A stretch of DNA of 64,000 nt, taken from the NCBI GenBank assembly GCA_043797445.1, contig JAZDPP010000187.1, positions 7,228-71,227 of the forward strand, read 5' to 3'. The stretch comes from Pseudomonadota bacterium (lineage in GTDB: Bacteria; Desulfobacterota; Desulfobacteria; Desulfobacterales; JAFDDL01). This document shows, in pieces, positions 50,776 through 59,578 of the stretch. The notes beneath the pieces were generated by a model. The model was not told the origin of the DNA. It was given only the letters and a program-made list of their open reading frames with translations, and made no database searches. Numbering within the stretch: position 1 is the first letter of the stretch; each line of letters begins with the position of its first letter. Made by a program: the position numbers and the translations under genes.

Positions 50776-53700
50776 ATGAGCATTTCAAAATTTCAAAAAC
50801 GGCCGGTCATCATTTACGGAGAGGAAATGAACCTTAAAGCACAACTTATCGCTGCGGAGCAGAATTTAAGGAATCGCAGATTTGAGGAGGCCGAGGCCAT
50901 ATGTCACAAGATTATAGAAGTCATGCCAGAAAACATTGAGGCTGCCTTTTTACTCGGCTCTTCTCATTTAAAACGATTAAACTACAGCGAAAGCAGGAGA
51001 ATATTTGAGAATATTCTCAATAGGCACCCAGATCATTTGAATGTCAATAATGATTTGGGAGTAATTTATCTGAAAAATAAAGAATTTGCCTTAGCTGAAA
51101 AATGCTTCAGAAAAGTGATTGAAATTGATCCTTTCCACGTAAATGCTCTGATCAATCTTGGCAATATTTGTTTTAATTTCAATCAATTGGAATCTGCCGA
51201 ATCTTTGTACAAAAAAGCCCTTGCGCTGGATCATGCTAATGGGGCGATCCTGAACAATCTTGGACAAATACTGATTAAGCAGAACCGAATGGCGGATTGG
51301 GTGGTTTTGATGAAGGAAGTATTCAATCAATCCATACCGGGTCCAGAAATGTTTATTGCATACCTCGAAGCAAAACGAATATGTCAATGGGATATGCTTG
51401 AAACAGCCAGCGCCCGCATTGTGGATATTATTATGGATGGGAAAATATGTGGCGCTGATATTACATTGTTAAATCTGGCGATGCTGTCTGATCCGAATAT
51501 TGACAATGAAACCCTTTTTAAAATCGTCTGCAAAACTGCGGATGATTTCGAGAAACTTTGTTCGTCAAGATCATTCGGGAATTACGAAAAAGCCATTCGG
51601 GCCTTGCAGATTGGTCAGAAGATGCGGATCGGGTATCTCTCCGGAGATTTTTGTCTCCATGTTTGCAGTCATTTTTTGCGGAGCCTGATTAATTATTACG
51701 ACAGGGATCACTTTGAAATATTTTGTTACTCAAATACCCTTGTAGAAGACAATATAACCAATCTTTATAAGTCAAATGTGGATGCGTTTATCGATATCCG
51801 GAATCTGTCGGATTTGCAGCTTGCAGCGCGGATTCACGATGATGGTATTCACATTTTGGTGGATCTTTCAGGATATACTTTCGGCAGCAGAATTTCCGTT
51901 ATGAGCTACTGCGCAGCACCAGTGCAGATCACATACATGGGATACCCTTTCTCAAGCGGATTTCGCTCTATTGACTATATCATTTCGGATTCGTTTCTTG
52001 ACGGCCCTTTAAATTTTAAATATTGCACGGAAAAAGCGCTGTGCCTACCTGAAGCCTGTGCGGCTTTTGGTGCTCTCTTTGAGGAAGAAATAAATCCTGT
52101 TCCGCCGTTTGAACGATACGGGTTTGTCACCTTTGGTTCTCTTTTAAATACATACAAACTGAACCCTATTGTCATCCAGGTATGGAGCCGGATATTAACA
52201 CGGACGCCAGGCACAAGGTTAATTCTGAATCATCCGAATTACGAACCGGAAATTACCAGGCAAAATGTCTTAAAAGAATTTGCTAAACACGGCATCTCTG
52301 CAAAACGTCTGCATTTTATCTGGGAAAAACTTACGGATTCCAGACACCTGCTTTACTATAACGACATAGACATCGCCTTGGACAGCTTTCCCATGACAGG
52401 CGGGCAAACAACGATTGATGCGCTTTGGATGGGAGTTCCGGTAGTGACTTGGGTGGGAGAAACCCATCATCAAAGAGGTTCCTTTATGATGCTCAAGAAT
52501 CTCAATACCAAGGTAGAAGACCTTGTAGCTTTTAGTCAAGAGGAATACATCCAAAAGGCCGTTGCACTCGCTAACAACCCTGCCAGGATGACTGAACTTC
52601 ATCAAATGATCCCCGAGTATTTGAGTCGCTCGATTCTCTGTGACCCTCAGCGCTTTGCGGGACAACTGGAATTAGCCTATATCGAGGCTTGGAACAATAA
52701 ATTTCCGGAAACTCGATACGCCCCGGAGATATGTCACGACACCGTGGAATTTGTCTCCATTCGAGGCGGCGCGAAAATTGCGGTTTCAGGTCTAATTTAT
52801 GAAAGATTCACCTACATTTTAAAAGAACAGCAAGGATGGTTTGATCCCGAGTATGACTTCGTCCTTGAAATGGTTCAGCCGGATATGCGTGTGATCGACA
52901 TTGTTTCAGGCGTTGGCGAATATGCGATCCCTTTGGCAAAAAAAATGATGGAAGGCGGAATGGTTTGGGCCATTTCAACCGATCCATCTCATGCGAGATA
53001 CCTGCTTAAAGGCAAAAACCACAACCATCTTGGCTCCCTGCAACTTCTGGAAAATTTCCGAATAGGCAATATTGACCTTGACAGGAACATGATGCGCAAC
53101 GATTGGTCGAACATCCATTTTGTTCGAATAAACACCGAAGGAGTTGAGCAGGGCTTAATCCGAAGGGGGGCGAAATTCTTTTCTCTGTCATCTCCGCTCG
53201 TTATGTTTGGAATCAAAAACAAGAGTCAGAGGGTCCTTTCGCTCGCAACGCAGTTTAAAGAACTGAGATACGAATCTTTTAGACTCATCCCCGGTCTCAA
53301 TTTGCTGGTGCCTTTTGATCCCGCCAATGAGATCGATGATCTCGACGAGTTTTCCACACACCTGTTTTGCTGCAAAAAAGATCGAGCCGAACAGCTTGAA
53401 AATCGCGGTCTTCTGATACAAAAATCCCCGTCCGCAGCCAAATATCCCGATTATGATGCATCTGTCTTACAGCAATACCTGGCAAATCTGCCATATGCCG
53501 ATGGCATAATGACGCATTGGATGAATATTTCTTCCCACCATAAGGGCTGGGAAACATATCTGCAAGCGCTGAGTCTCTTTGCAGTTGCAAAAACAAAAAA
53601 TCAGAATGCATCCCTCCGGTATGCCTGTATTCAGGAATCATTTTTCCTGTTGCGGAATCTCCTTAAGAATCAGGCAAACGTTTCACGCGTTTTGTCCATG

Positions 53701-54063
53701 GCCAGGGTCCTTACGGAAATGGGCAAACGCGCCCTTGCAGTGAATGTTTTGGACCATCTTGCAGAATTTCTTGAAACCGGCGAGGGCGGTATTGTAATGA
53801 GTATTGATGAGCCCTTTCTCTCTTTATCCGACCAACTCTCCACCATGAATCCGGGGGACAGGATTGCGGAATGGATTTATGCATCAATCCTGGAGCAACG
53901 GACAAGGCTGAGGGCCTTTTCATCTTATTATACCGGTAAAGAGTCGTTGAAAATTTTGAATAAAATAGAAGATCTCGGTTTTTTAAGCGGCGAAATGAAA
54001 AGACGCCGGCAGCTTATTCGAATGCGTTATCATATGGAAGCCGCTTCGAACGTTCCTCTTTAG
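50776..54063 (+). CDS. Multidomain TPR - GT41 (OGT/SPINDLY-like) glycosyltransferase - FkbM-type methyltransferase protein; probable flagellin glycosyltransferase (FlmG-like)
   Basis: N-terminal TPRs. RIGYLSGDFCLHVCSHFL...ILVDLSGYTFGSR...ITYMGYPFSSG is GT41-like. DIVSGVGEYAIPLA...IHFVRINTEG is FkbM-like. Lies directly upstream of fliC. An alternative start is at 50827. Confidence 0.7.
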   Translation: MSISKFQKRPVIIYGEEMNLKAQLIAAEQNLRNRRFEEAEAICHKIIEVMPENIEAAFLLGSSHLKRLNYSESRRIFENILNRHPDHLNVNNDLGVIYLKNKEFALAEKCFRKVIEIDPFHVNALINLGNICFNFNQLESAESLYKKALALDHANGAILNNLGQILIKQNRMADWVVLMKEVFNQSIPGPEMFIAYLEAKRICQWDMLETASARIVDIIMDGKICGADITLLNLAMLSDPNIDNETLFKIVCKTADDFEKLCSSRSFGNYEKAIRALQIGQKMRIGYLSGDFCLHVCSHFLRSLINYYDRDHFEIFCYSNTLVEDNITNLYKSNVDAFIDIRNLSDLQLAARIHDDGIHILVDLSGYTFGSRISVMSYCAAPVQITYMGYPFSSGFRSIDYIISDSFLDGPLNFKYCTEKALCLPEACAAFGALFEEEINPVPPFERYGFVTFGSLLNTYKLNPIVIQVWSRILTRTPGTRLILNHPNYEPEITRQNVLKEFAKHGISAKRLHFIWEKLTDSRHLLYYNDIDIALDSFPMTGGQTTIDALWMGVPVVTWVGETHHQRGSFMMLKNLNTKVEDLVAFSQEEYIQKAVALANNPARMTELHQMIPEYLSRSILCDPQRFAGQLELAYIEAWNNKFPETRYAPEICHDTVEFVSIRGGAKIAVSGLIYERFTYILKEQQGWFDPEYDFVLEMVQPDMRVIDIVSGVGEYAIPLAKKMMEGGMVWAISTDPSHARYLLKGKNHNHLGSLQLLENFRIGNIDLDRNMMRNDWSNIHFVRINTEGVEQGLIRRGAKFFSLSSPLVMFGIKNKSQRVLSLATQFKELRYESFRLIPGLNLLVPFDPANEIDDLDEFSTHLFCCKKDRAEQLENRGLLIQKSPSAAKYPDYDASVLQQYLANLPYADGIMTHWMNISSHHKGWETYLQALSLFAVAKTKNQNASLRYACIQESFFLLRNLLKNQANVSRVLSMARVLTEMGKRALAVNVLDHLAEFLETGEGGIVMSIDEPFLSLSDQLSTMNPGDRIAEWIYASILEQRTRLRAFSSYYTGKESLKILNKIEDLGFLSGEMKRRRQLIRMRYHMEAASNVPL

Positions 54064-54101
54064 AAACGACTCTTTTTTTTGCCCGCATTTTTAAAATTTA
54101 T

Positions 54102-54129
54102 TAAAGTTCCAGGAAATGGGGTCCGATAG
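54102..54129 (+). promoter_or_regulatory. Sigma-28 (FliA)-type promoter candidate for fliC
   Basis: TAAAGTTC-N12-TCCGATAG against the consensus TAAAGTTT-N11-GCCGATAA. Confidence 0.55.
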
Positions 54130-54260
54130 GAATGCTTAACGGCGACACGAAAAAAAGCGAGGCCAGAATAAAGGGGGTGGTAATAAAAATATCAAACAGG
54201 GAAAAAGAGGCATCAAAGAGGTAATTGCTCGTTCGGGTAACAGATTAAATTAAAAAACTT

Positions 54261-54304
54261 GCCGGCAAGGATGCTGGCAGCAACGAACCAACTTTCACGG
54301 AGGA
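54261..54304 (+). promoter_or_regulatory. fliC 5' UTR with two CsrA-type GGA sites (hairpin-loop site and SD-overlapping site)
   Basis: GCCGGC-AAGGAT-GCTGGC hairpin presents AAGGAU in its loop. CACGGAGGAAA overlaps the Shine-Dalgarno. csrA and fliW are encoded 5 kb downstream. Confidence 0.6.
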
Positions 54305-54311
54305 AATAACC

Positions 54312-55844
54312 ATGGCTCTGTCAATCAACACTAATTTAGCATCATTGAACGCCCAGAGAAATCTTGGAAAAACACAAGGTGCGTTAAATAACTCTTTGCA
54401 AAGACTTTCATCCGGCCTTCGTGTCAACAGTGCAAAGGATGACGCTGCGGGTCTTGCGATTTCAAACAGAATGGGCTCACAGGTCCGCGGTCTCAATCAA
54501 GCTTCACGAAACGCTAACGACGGCATCTCTCTGGCGCAGACCGCTGAAGGCGCGATGCAGGAGGTTACCAACAACTTGCAACGTATTCGAGAGCTCGCGG
54601 TTCAGGCCGCCAACGACACCAACTCCGCCAGTGACAGGGCGTCGCTGAACGATGAAGCGACTCAGTTGGTAGCAGAAATCGAACGCGTTGCCACAACGAC
54701 ATCTTTCAATGGTAAAGTCCTGCTGGATGGCTCCTTCGGATCTGCGTCCTTTCAGGTGGGAGCCGATCAAGGAGAGCAGATTTCGTTTGGTATGATCAGC
54801 GTCAGATCTTCTGCTTTGGGCGTGGGCTCGGGCTCGAGTTATAGCAAAAGCGTAGCGGGCACTGAGGTCCAAACCACGGCTCTTGTATCAGGGGCCGTCA
54901 CCATCAATGGGCATCAAGTTGGCGCAGCCGCCGCCGATGGTGTTTCTGTTAATGGAACTTTAACTCTTGATACAAGCACAACTCTCGATTCAAAAGCCAG
55001 CGGGATAGCTGTTGCCGACGCGATCAATGCTATTTCAGGGGATACAGGGGTTACAGCTACGGTAAGCGCGACAACCGTTACAGGAACGACTGTAGTTGCT
55101 TCCGCAGGTGCGGCGGGAGGGTATAATACTGCAATCACCGCAGGTTCCGTATTGATTAATGGGGTGTCAATTGGCGCAATTTCAGCAAGCACAGGCGCTG
55201 TTGATCGTGGCGCCGATGTCGCAGCCGCCATTAATGCCATTACCAGTCAAACCGGTGTTACCGCAACCTTTAACACTACCACGGGTGCGGTGGGATTGAC
55301 CGCCGCGGATGGCCGAAATATCACTATCGAAAAAAGTGCCAATGCCGGTGCGGATGACACGTCTACCGGCCTTACAACTGGTATTGCTACTGTTACCCTC
55401 GGCAGTGATACCACTCGCTCAAAAGTTACCTTATCTTCGACCTCTTCTGCAGGCATCACGATAGGTGGCTCTGCGGAAGCCAATGCGGGACTTACGGCTG
55501 GCTATTCGGCAGCTACCGTATCTGCAGGTGCAGGTGTCTCCTCTCTTGATCTTACCACCTCCGGTAACGCCGGAAATGCTATCACCATAGTCGATGCGGC
55601 TCTTGCCACCATCGACTCCGCTCGAGGGGAACTCGGCGCCATCCAGAACCGGTTCGAATCCACCATCGCGAACCTGCAAAATGTCGCTGAAAACGTAACT
55701 GCTGCTCGTTCCCGAATTGTAGACGCGGACTTTGCATCTGAAACGGCGTCAATGACCAGATCCCAAGTAATGCAGCAAGCGGGCGTTGCCATGTTGGCCC
55801 AGGCCAATCAGCTCCCGCAAGCGGTGCTCAGCTTGCTTCAGTAG
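54312..55844 (+). CDS. fliC: Flagellin
   Basis: Conserved N-terminus [18 protein letters not shown]...[24 protein letters not shown] and C-terminus [15 protein letters not shown]...[14 protein letters not shown]. Central Thr/Ser/Ala/Gly-rich region with two IN motifs. Confidence 0.97.
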   Translation: MALSINTNLASLNAQRNLGKTQGALNNSLQRLSSGLRVNSAKDDAAGLAISNRMGSQVRGLNQASRNANDGISLAQTAEGAMQEVTNNLQRIRELAVQAANDTNSASDRASLNDEATQLVAEIERVATTTSFNGKVLLDGSFGSASFQVGADQGEQISFGMISVRSSALGVGSGSSYSKSVAGTEVQTTALVSGAVTINGHQVGAAAADGVSVNGTLTLDTSTTLDSKASGIAVADAINAISGDTGVTATVSATTVTGTTVVASAGAAGGYNTAITAGSVLINGVSIGAISASTGAVDRGADVAAAINAITSQTGVTATFNTTTGAVGLTAADGRNITIEKSANAGADDTSTGLTTGIATVTLGSDTTRSKVTLSSTSSAGITIGGSAEANAGLTAGYSAATVSAGAGVSSLDLTTSGNAGNAITIVDAALATIDSARGELGAIQNRFESTIANLQNVAENVTAARSRIVDADFASETASMTRSQVMQQAGVAMLAQANQLPQAVLSLLQ

Positions 55845-55858
55845 TAGCAAAGAAAAAA

Positions 55859-55886
55859 GCTGAAGGCTGAAGGCTGAAGGCTGATG
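55859..55886. repeat. Tandem heptamers (GCTGAAG)x3 plus GCTGATG
   Basis: Read directly from the sequence, 15 nt after the fliC stop. Confidence 0.9.
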
Positions 55887-55928
55887 TTTGAGGACTGAAA
55901 ACTGACGGTAACCCGTCAACATTAAAAT

Positions 55929-55995
55929 AAAACCCCGCTTCTTCGCGAAGTCCGACCGGGCGCAAGCCCGAGGTCTTCGAAAAGAGGCGGGGTTT
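55929..55995 (+). terminator. Long imperfect hairpin downstream of fliC (terminator-like)
   Basis: Outer arms AAAACCCCGC...GCGGGGTTT enclose the inner pairing GACCGGGC-GCAA-GCCCGAGGTC. Confidence 0.5.
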
Positions 55996-56033
55996 CCCCG
56001 TTCAGGTGACACCGTATCCTTTATCCAAAACGC

Positions 56034-56061
56034 TCAAGTTTTTTAGGCGGCGTGCCGATAA
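56034..56061 (+). promoter_or_regulatory. Sigma-28-type promoter candidate for fliD
   Basis: TCAAGTTT-N12-GCCGATAA, with a perfect -10 element. Confidence 0.6.
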
Positions 56062-56155
56062 AGATGCTACAGTGGAAAGCGTAGCGGATACATGAACAGG
56101 GGGGATAACGGCTACGCAATATGCCCCCCCGGCATCAGAAGGGAAAGGAGCGGTC

Positions 56156-57568
56156 ATGTCAATCTCAGTCGGAGGTCTCGTATCGGGCCTTGATACCAAC
56201 AGTATCATTTCACAGTTGATGGAGTTGCAGCAGCAACCCATTGCCACCCTCCAAACCAAGCAATCCAATTATGAGGTTAAACTGACGACCTATGGAAGCC
56301 TGCAAAGCCTTCTGAGCCAGCTCAAAACGGAAATGGAAGGCCTTGATTCCGCTGAAGACCTCACCAGTTTTTCCGTGTCCTCGGGGAATAGCAACCTTTT
56401 TACCGCCACTGTCGACAGCGACGCAACGGCAGGCGCCTATGACATCACGGTGCAACAGTTGGCGCAGGCGCACAAGCTGACGAGCACTGCGTTTTCCGAT
56501 GAAGAACTCGTCGGCGAGGGAACCCTGCACCTGAAGGTGGGAACAGGCGATGCGATTGACATTGAAGTTTCCACAACGGACACCCTTGCGGATGTTGCCG
56601 ATGCAATAAACGATGCCGAGGCCGGCGTCCATGCATCGGTGATCAATGACGGGACAAACTCTTTCCTCACGCTGACCGCCGATGACACGGGAGAAGAAAA
56701 TGTCATCAACCTCACGGTCACGGATACGGGGGATGCCAACAACACGGATACCAACGGCCTTTCCAGACTGGTCTACGACGCGGGGGTCACCACCAATCTT
56801 TCAAATACCCGGGATTCCGCCGACGCGATCATAACGGTTGACGGCGTCACGAATATTCACAGGACCACCAACGTCATGGATGACGTGATCGAGGGCGTGA
56901 CCCTCAATCTCAACTCCGCACCGGACACCGATAATGAGGCAAGCCTCACCATCACCCAAAACACCTCCACGCTTGTTTCCAAGATTAATTCTTTTGTCAG
57001 TCTATACAACCAGGTCCTTACTTTTTTTGAAGCCGCCCAGGGCTATAACTCGGAAACAGAGGTTGCGGGAGTTATGATGGGGGATCCGACCACCAACAGC
57101 ATTCGCAACAGCCTCAAGCGGTTGATTACCAACAAGGTCTCCGGAATTGACAGCTACGATCAGTTGGCGGACCTGGGGGTTTCCCTGAACGCCGAGGGAA
57201 GGCTGGAGGTAGACGCCTCAACCCTTAACGATGCCATCAACGATCATTTTGACGATGTTGATAAATTTTTCACACAGACCACCGTGGGCTCAGAAGGCTT
57301 TGCCGTCCGAATGGGAACGGCTCTGGAGGCGATGATCGGCACGGACGGCACCCTTGCGTCCAGAACGGAGGGACTTCAAAGCAGCATAGACGGGATCGAT
57401 GACCAGGTGGAACGTATGGAGATGCAGAACCTGGCCTTTGAAACCCGCATCAGAAGCCAGTTCAATTCCCTTGAATTACTTCTTTCCGAGTATCAGAGCA
57501 CGGGGGATTTCCTGAGCCAGCAGATTACGGGGTTGCAAAATCTGAATAATGCCATTTCAAACCGGTAA
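56156..57568 (+). CDS. fliD: Flagellar filament cap protein FliD
   Basis: MSISVGGLVSGLDTNSIISQLMELQQQPI... N-terminus, IN motif LADVADAINDAEAGVHASVINDG, and C-terminal coiled coil. Confidence 0.95.
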   Translation: MSISVGGLVSGLDTNSIISQLMELQQQPIATLQTKQSNYEVKLTTYGSLQSLLSQLKTEMEGLDSAEDLTSFSVSSGNSNLFTATVDSDATAGAYDITVQQLAQAHKLTSTAFSDEELVGEGTLHLKVGTGDAIDIEVSTTDTLADVADAINDAEAGVHASVINDGTNSFLTLTADDTGEENVINLTVTDTGDANNTDTNGLSRLVYDAGVTTNLSNTRDSADAIITVDGVTNIHRTTNVMDDVIEGVTLNLNSAPDTDNEASLTITQNTSTLVSKINSFVSLYNQVLTFFEAAQGYNSETEVAGVMMGDPTTNSIRNSLKRLITNKVSGIDSYDQLADLGVSLNAEGRLEVDASTLNDAINDHFDDVDKFFTQTTVGSEGFAVRMGTALEAMIGTDGTLASRTEGLQSSIDGIDDQVERMEMQNLAFETRIRSQFNSLELLLSEYQSTGDFLSQQITGLQNLNNAISNR

Positions 57569-57610
57569 GATTCCGGCATAACCAAAATGGTATTTACTCA
57601 TCAAAATCGC

Positions 57611-57637
57611 TCAAGAATGCCGGGCAGGCGCCGATAA
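57611..57637 (+). promoter_or_regulatory. Sigma-28-type promoter candidate for fliS
   Basis: TCAAGAAT-N11-GCCGATAA. Shares the CGCTCAAG upstream context with the fliD candidate. Confidence 0.55.
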
Positions 57638-57685
57638 GTAAAGTAAAGGCAAAACGAATCAACCTGCTCACCAAGGAGAGAATTT

Positions 57686-58135
57686 ATGTATCCAAACGCT
57701 TTCAATGCGTACCAGCGTTCAGCCGCCAACACCGTGGAAAACAACAGCCAGATACTGCTGAAACTCTATGGCGGCACCATTCGGTTTGTGAGAATGGCCA
57801 AAAAAGGCATTGAAGAGAATCGACCCGATATTCGCGGAGAACATATCTCAAAAGTCATGGCGATCATCACGGAACTTCAGTGCGCTCTGGATATGGAAAA
57901 AGGCGGGCAGATCTCCCGGCAACTGGATAGCCTGTACCAATATGCAATGAATCGGTTGAGCGTTGCCAACTGCCGGAACAATACGGCGGCATTGGATGAG
58001 GTGGAACAAATTCTGATCACATTGAAAGAAGGATTTGAAGACGCGGCGCGTCAGCAACAGATGCGAAAAACACCGGTAATTCCCATAATTCAGGAGGCGC
58101 CCCGTGCAAGAGAAGAATTCCGCTGTGCCATCTGA
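57686..58135 (+). CDS. fliS: Flagellin-specific export chaperone FliS
   Basis: NAYQRSAANTVENNSQILLKLYGGTIRFV...ISKVMAIITELQCALDMEKGGQIS..LDSLYQYAMNRL. Confidence 0.9.
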   Translation: MYPNAFNAYQRSAANTVENNSQILLKLYGGTIRFVRMAKKGIEENRPDIRGEHISKVMAIITELQCALDMEKGGQISRQLDSLYQYAMNRLSVANCRNNTAALDEVEQILITLKEGFEDAARQQQMRKTPVIPIIQEAPRAREEFRCAI

Positions 58136-58433
58136 AACGCATGCGGTCCTTTTCCATCGGCTTCGGGATATTACCACCCGAATCAAAACCGCCGTGGATG
58201 ACAACACCCTGGATACGCTTCCCGGGCTTATTCAGGCGCACAAAGAGGTCATGACTGCTCTCAAAGCGGCCGGATTCAGCAATGACCCGGGCCTTCTGGG
58301 CCTGGTTACGGAAATTCACGACCGGGTTCAGAGCGCCGGGACCGGAATTCAGGCGCGGCATGATGAACTCGGGCAACAACTGAAGGCATCGGGAACAAAA
58401 CGAAAACTCCAAAGAGCTTACGGGGTTCGATGA
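58104..58433 (+). CDS. Small helical protein in the FliT position (possible FliT-like chaperone)
   Basis: GTG start 6 nt after AGGAGG, overlapping the fliS end. 109 aa and predicted helical. Its position after fliS matches the fliD-fliS-fliT order seen in other bacteria. No diagnostic motif was recognised. Confidence 0.4.
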   Translation: MQEKNSAVPSETHAVLFHRLRDITTRIKTAVDDNTLDTLPGLIQAHKEVMTALKAAGFSNDPGLLGLVTEIHDRVQSAGTGIQARHDELGQQLKASGTKRKLQRAYGVR

Positions 58434-58451
58434 GCAAATGAGGGAGACGCC

Positions 58452-58997
58452 ATGATAGAGTCCATTCAAGGAACAGCGGTAATGGGGTCAAATAATCCGG
58501 TGAACGTGACTGCCGGTAACGCCCCGGGAAAAAAGACAACCCAGGCGGAAACGGCTGACTATAAGGTATCACTTAATAAAGAAGTGATATCCACGATTAC
58601 CTACGAACGAACGGGAAGCATCGGCGCGATGGATAAAAGTGAAGCCGTGAGTGTCGAAGCCTTGCTGTCCCGGTTGTTCGAACGTCAAGGCATGACCTAC
58701 GAAGAAGCGATGAGCGGGGAAACGGTGGAAATAGACCCCCAAACCCGGTCTGAAGCGCAGGCGCTTATTTCCGAGGATGGGTATTGGGGGGTTGACAAGA
58801 CCTCTGAGCGTATCGTTGAGTTTGCCATAGCCGGCGCCGGTGGAGATGAAGCGAAACTGGCGGAAATCAAGGCGGCCATCGACAAGGGCTTTGGCATGGC
58901 AAGAAAATCCTTCGGCGGCAGCTTGCCGGATATCTCTTCAAAAACCTACGATGCCGTCATGAAAAAACTCGACGCATGGGCCGATCAGGAAGTCTAA
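58452..58997 (+). CDS. Conserved hypothetical protein embedded in the late flagellar operon
   Basis: Coding-like ORF with SD GAGGGA. The segment ISEDGYWGVDKTSERIVEFAI...KAAIDKGF...YDAVMKKLDAWA looks like a conserved domain, but I cannot name the family with certainty. Confidence 0.5.
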   Translation: MIESIQGTAVMGSNNPVNVTAGNAPGKKTTQAETADYKVSLNKEVISTITYERTGSIGAMDKSEAVSVEALLSRLFERQGMTYEEAMSGETVEIDPQTRSEAQALISEDGYWGVDKTSERIVEFAIAGAGGDEAKLAEIKAAIDKGFGMARKSFGGSLPDISSKTYDAVMKKLDAWADQEV

Positions 58998-59033
58998 AAG
59001 CGGCACATCAGAGTGAAAGGCGGGGTGAATACC

Positions 59034-59453
59034 ATGTTTCAAGCAATACAAAATACATATTCCAAGGTTCAGGAAAATGAACCGGCTTATTCAAACGTTG
59101 TTCCCATAAAATCCAGCATTGCTCCGGTAAAATCCAGCACTACTCCGGTAAAATCCGGCACTGCTCCGGAGGAACAACAACAGACTCAAAAAGAGAGTCA
59201 ACCGCGTCAATCCACTTCCGCGGCCGAGCCGGAGGTCACTCAGGACCTTCTGGATGCAATGGAGGTCGATATGGCGACCATGCATAATGTCGGTCTCGAA
59301 TTTTCTGTCCATGAAAAATCCGGAAGAACCGTCATAAAGGTGATGGATAAGACCAACTCGGAAGTAATTCGGGAGATTCCATCAAAAACGGTTCTCGCCC
59401 TGGCAGCGAGGATCGATGAGGTGCTGGGGCTTCTCTTTGATAAAAAAGTCTGA
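59034..59453 (+). CDS. flaG: FlaG-family flagellar protein
   Basis: C-terminal LEFSVHEKSGRTVIKVMDKTNSEVIREIPSKTVLALAARIDEVLGLLFD is typical FlaG. The N-terminal part carries a short repeat IAPVKSSTTPVKSGTAP. Confidence 0.85.
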   Translation: MFQAIQNTYSKVQENEPAYSNVVPIKSSIAPVKSSTTPVKSGTAPEEQQQTQKESQPRQSTSAAEPEVTQDLLDAMEVDMATMHNVGLEFSVHEKSGRTVIKVMDKTNSEVIREIPSKTVLALAARIDEVLGLLFDKKV

Positions 59454-59525
59454 GAGCTGGAAGTTAACTCCTAACGAAACTCAACCGTGACTTATTTTCC
59501 AGGCATCGCGCGATGGTTATCCTGT

Positions 59526-59578
59526 AAAAACGGCGGCGGCGAACGGCCATTTGCGGCCATTCGCCGCCGCCGTTTTTT
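59526..59578. terminator. Strong bidirectional rho-independent terminator
   Basis: AAAAA-CGGCGGCGGCGAA...TTCGCCGCCGCCG-TTTTTT: 13-bp GC-rich stem plus inner GGCC pairing, between flaG (+) and fliW (-). Confidence 0.8.

Noticed and set aside
54242-54268. Alternative sigma-28-like element AGATTAAA-N11-GCCGGCAA closer to fliC
   Set aside because: Its -35 match is poor and its -10 is weaker than the upstream candidate. Use of this site would also exclude the CsrA hairpin from the transcript. Only 5'-end mapping can resolve this.
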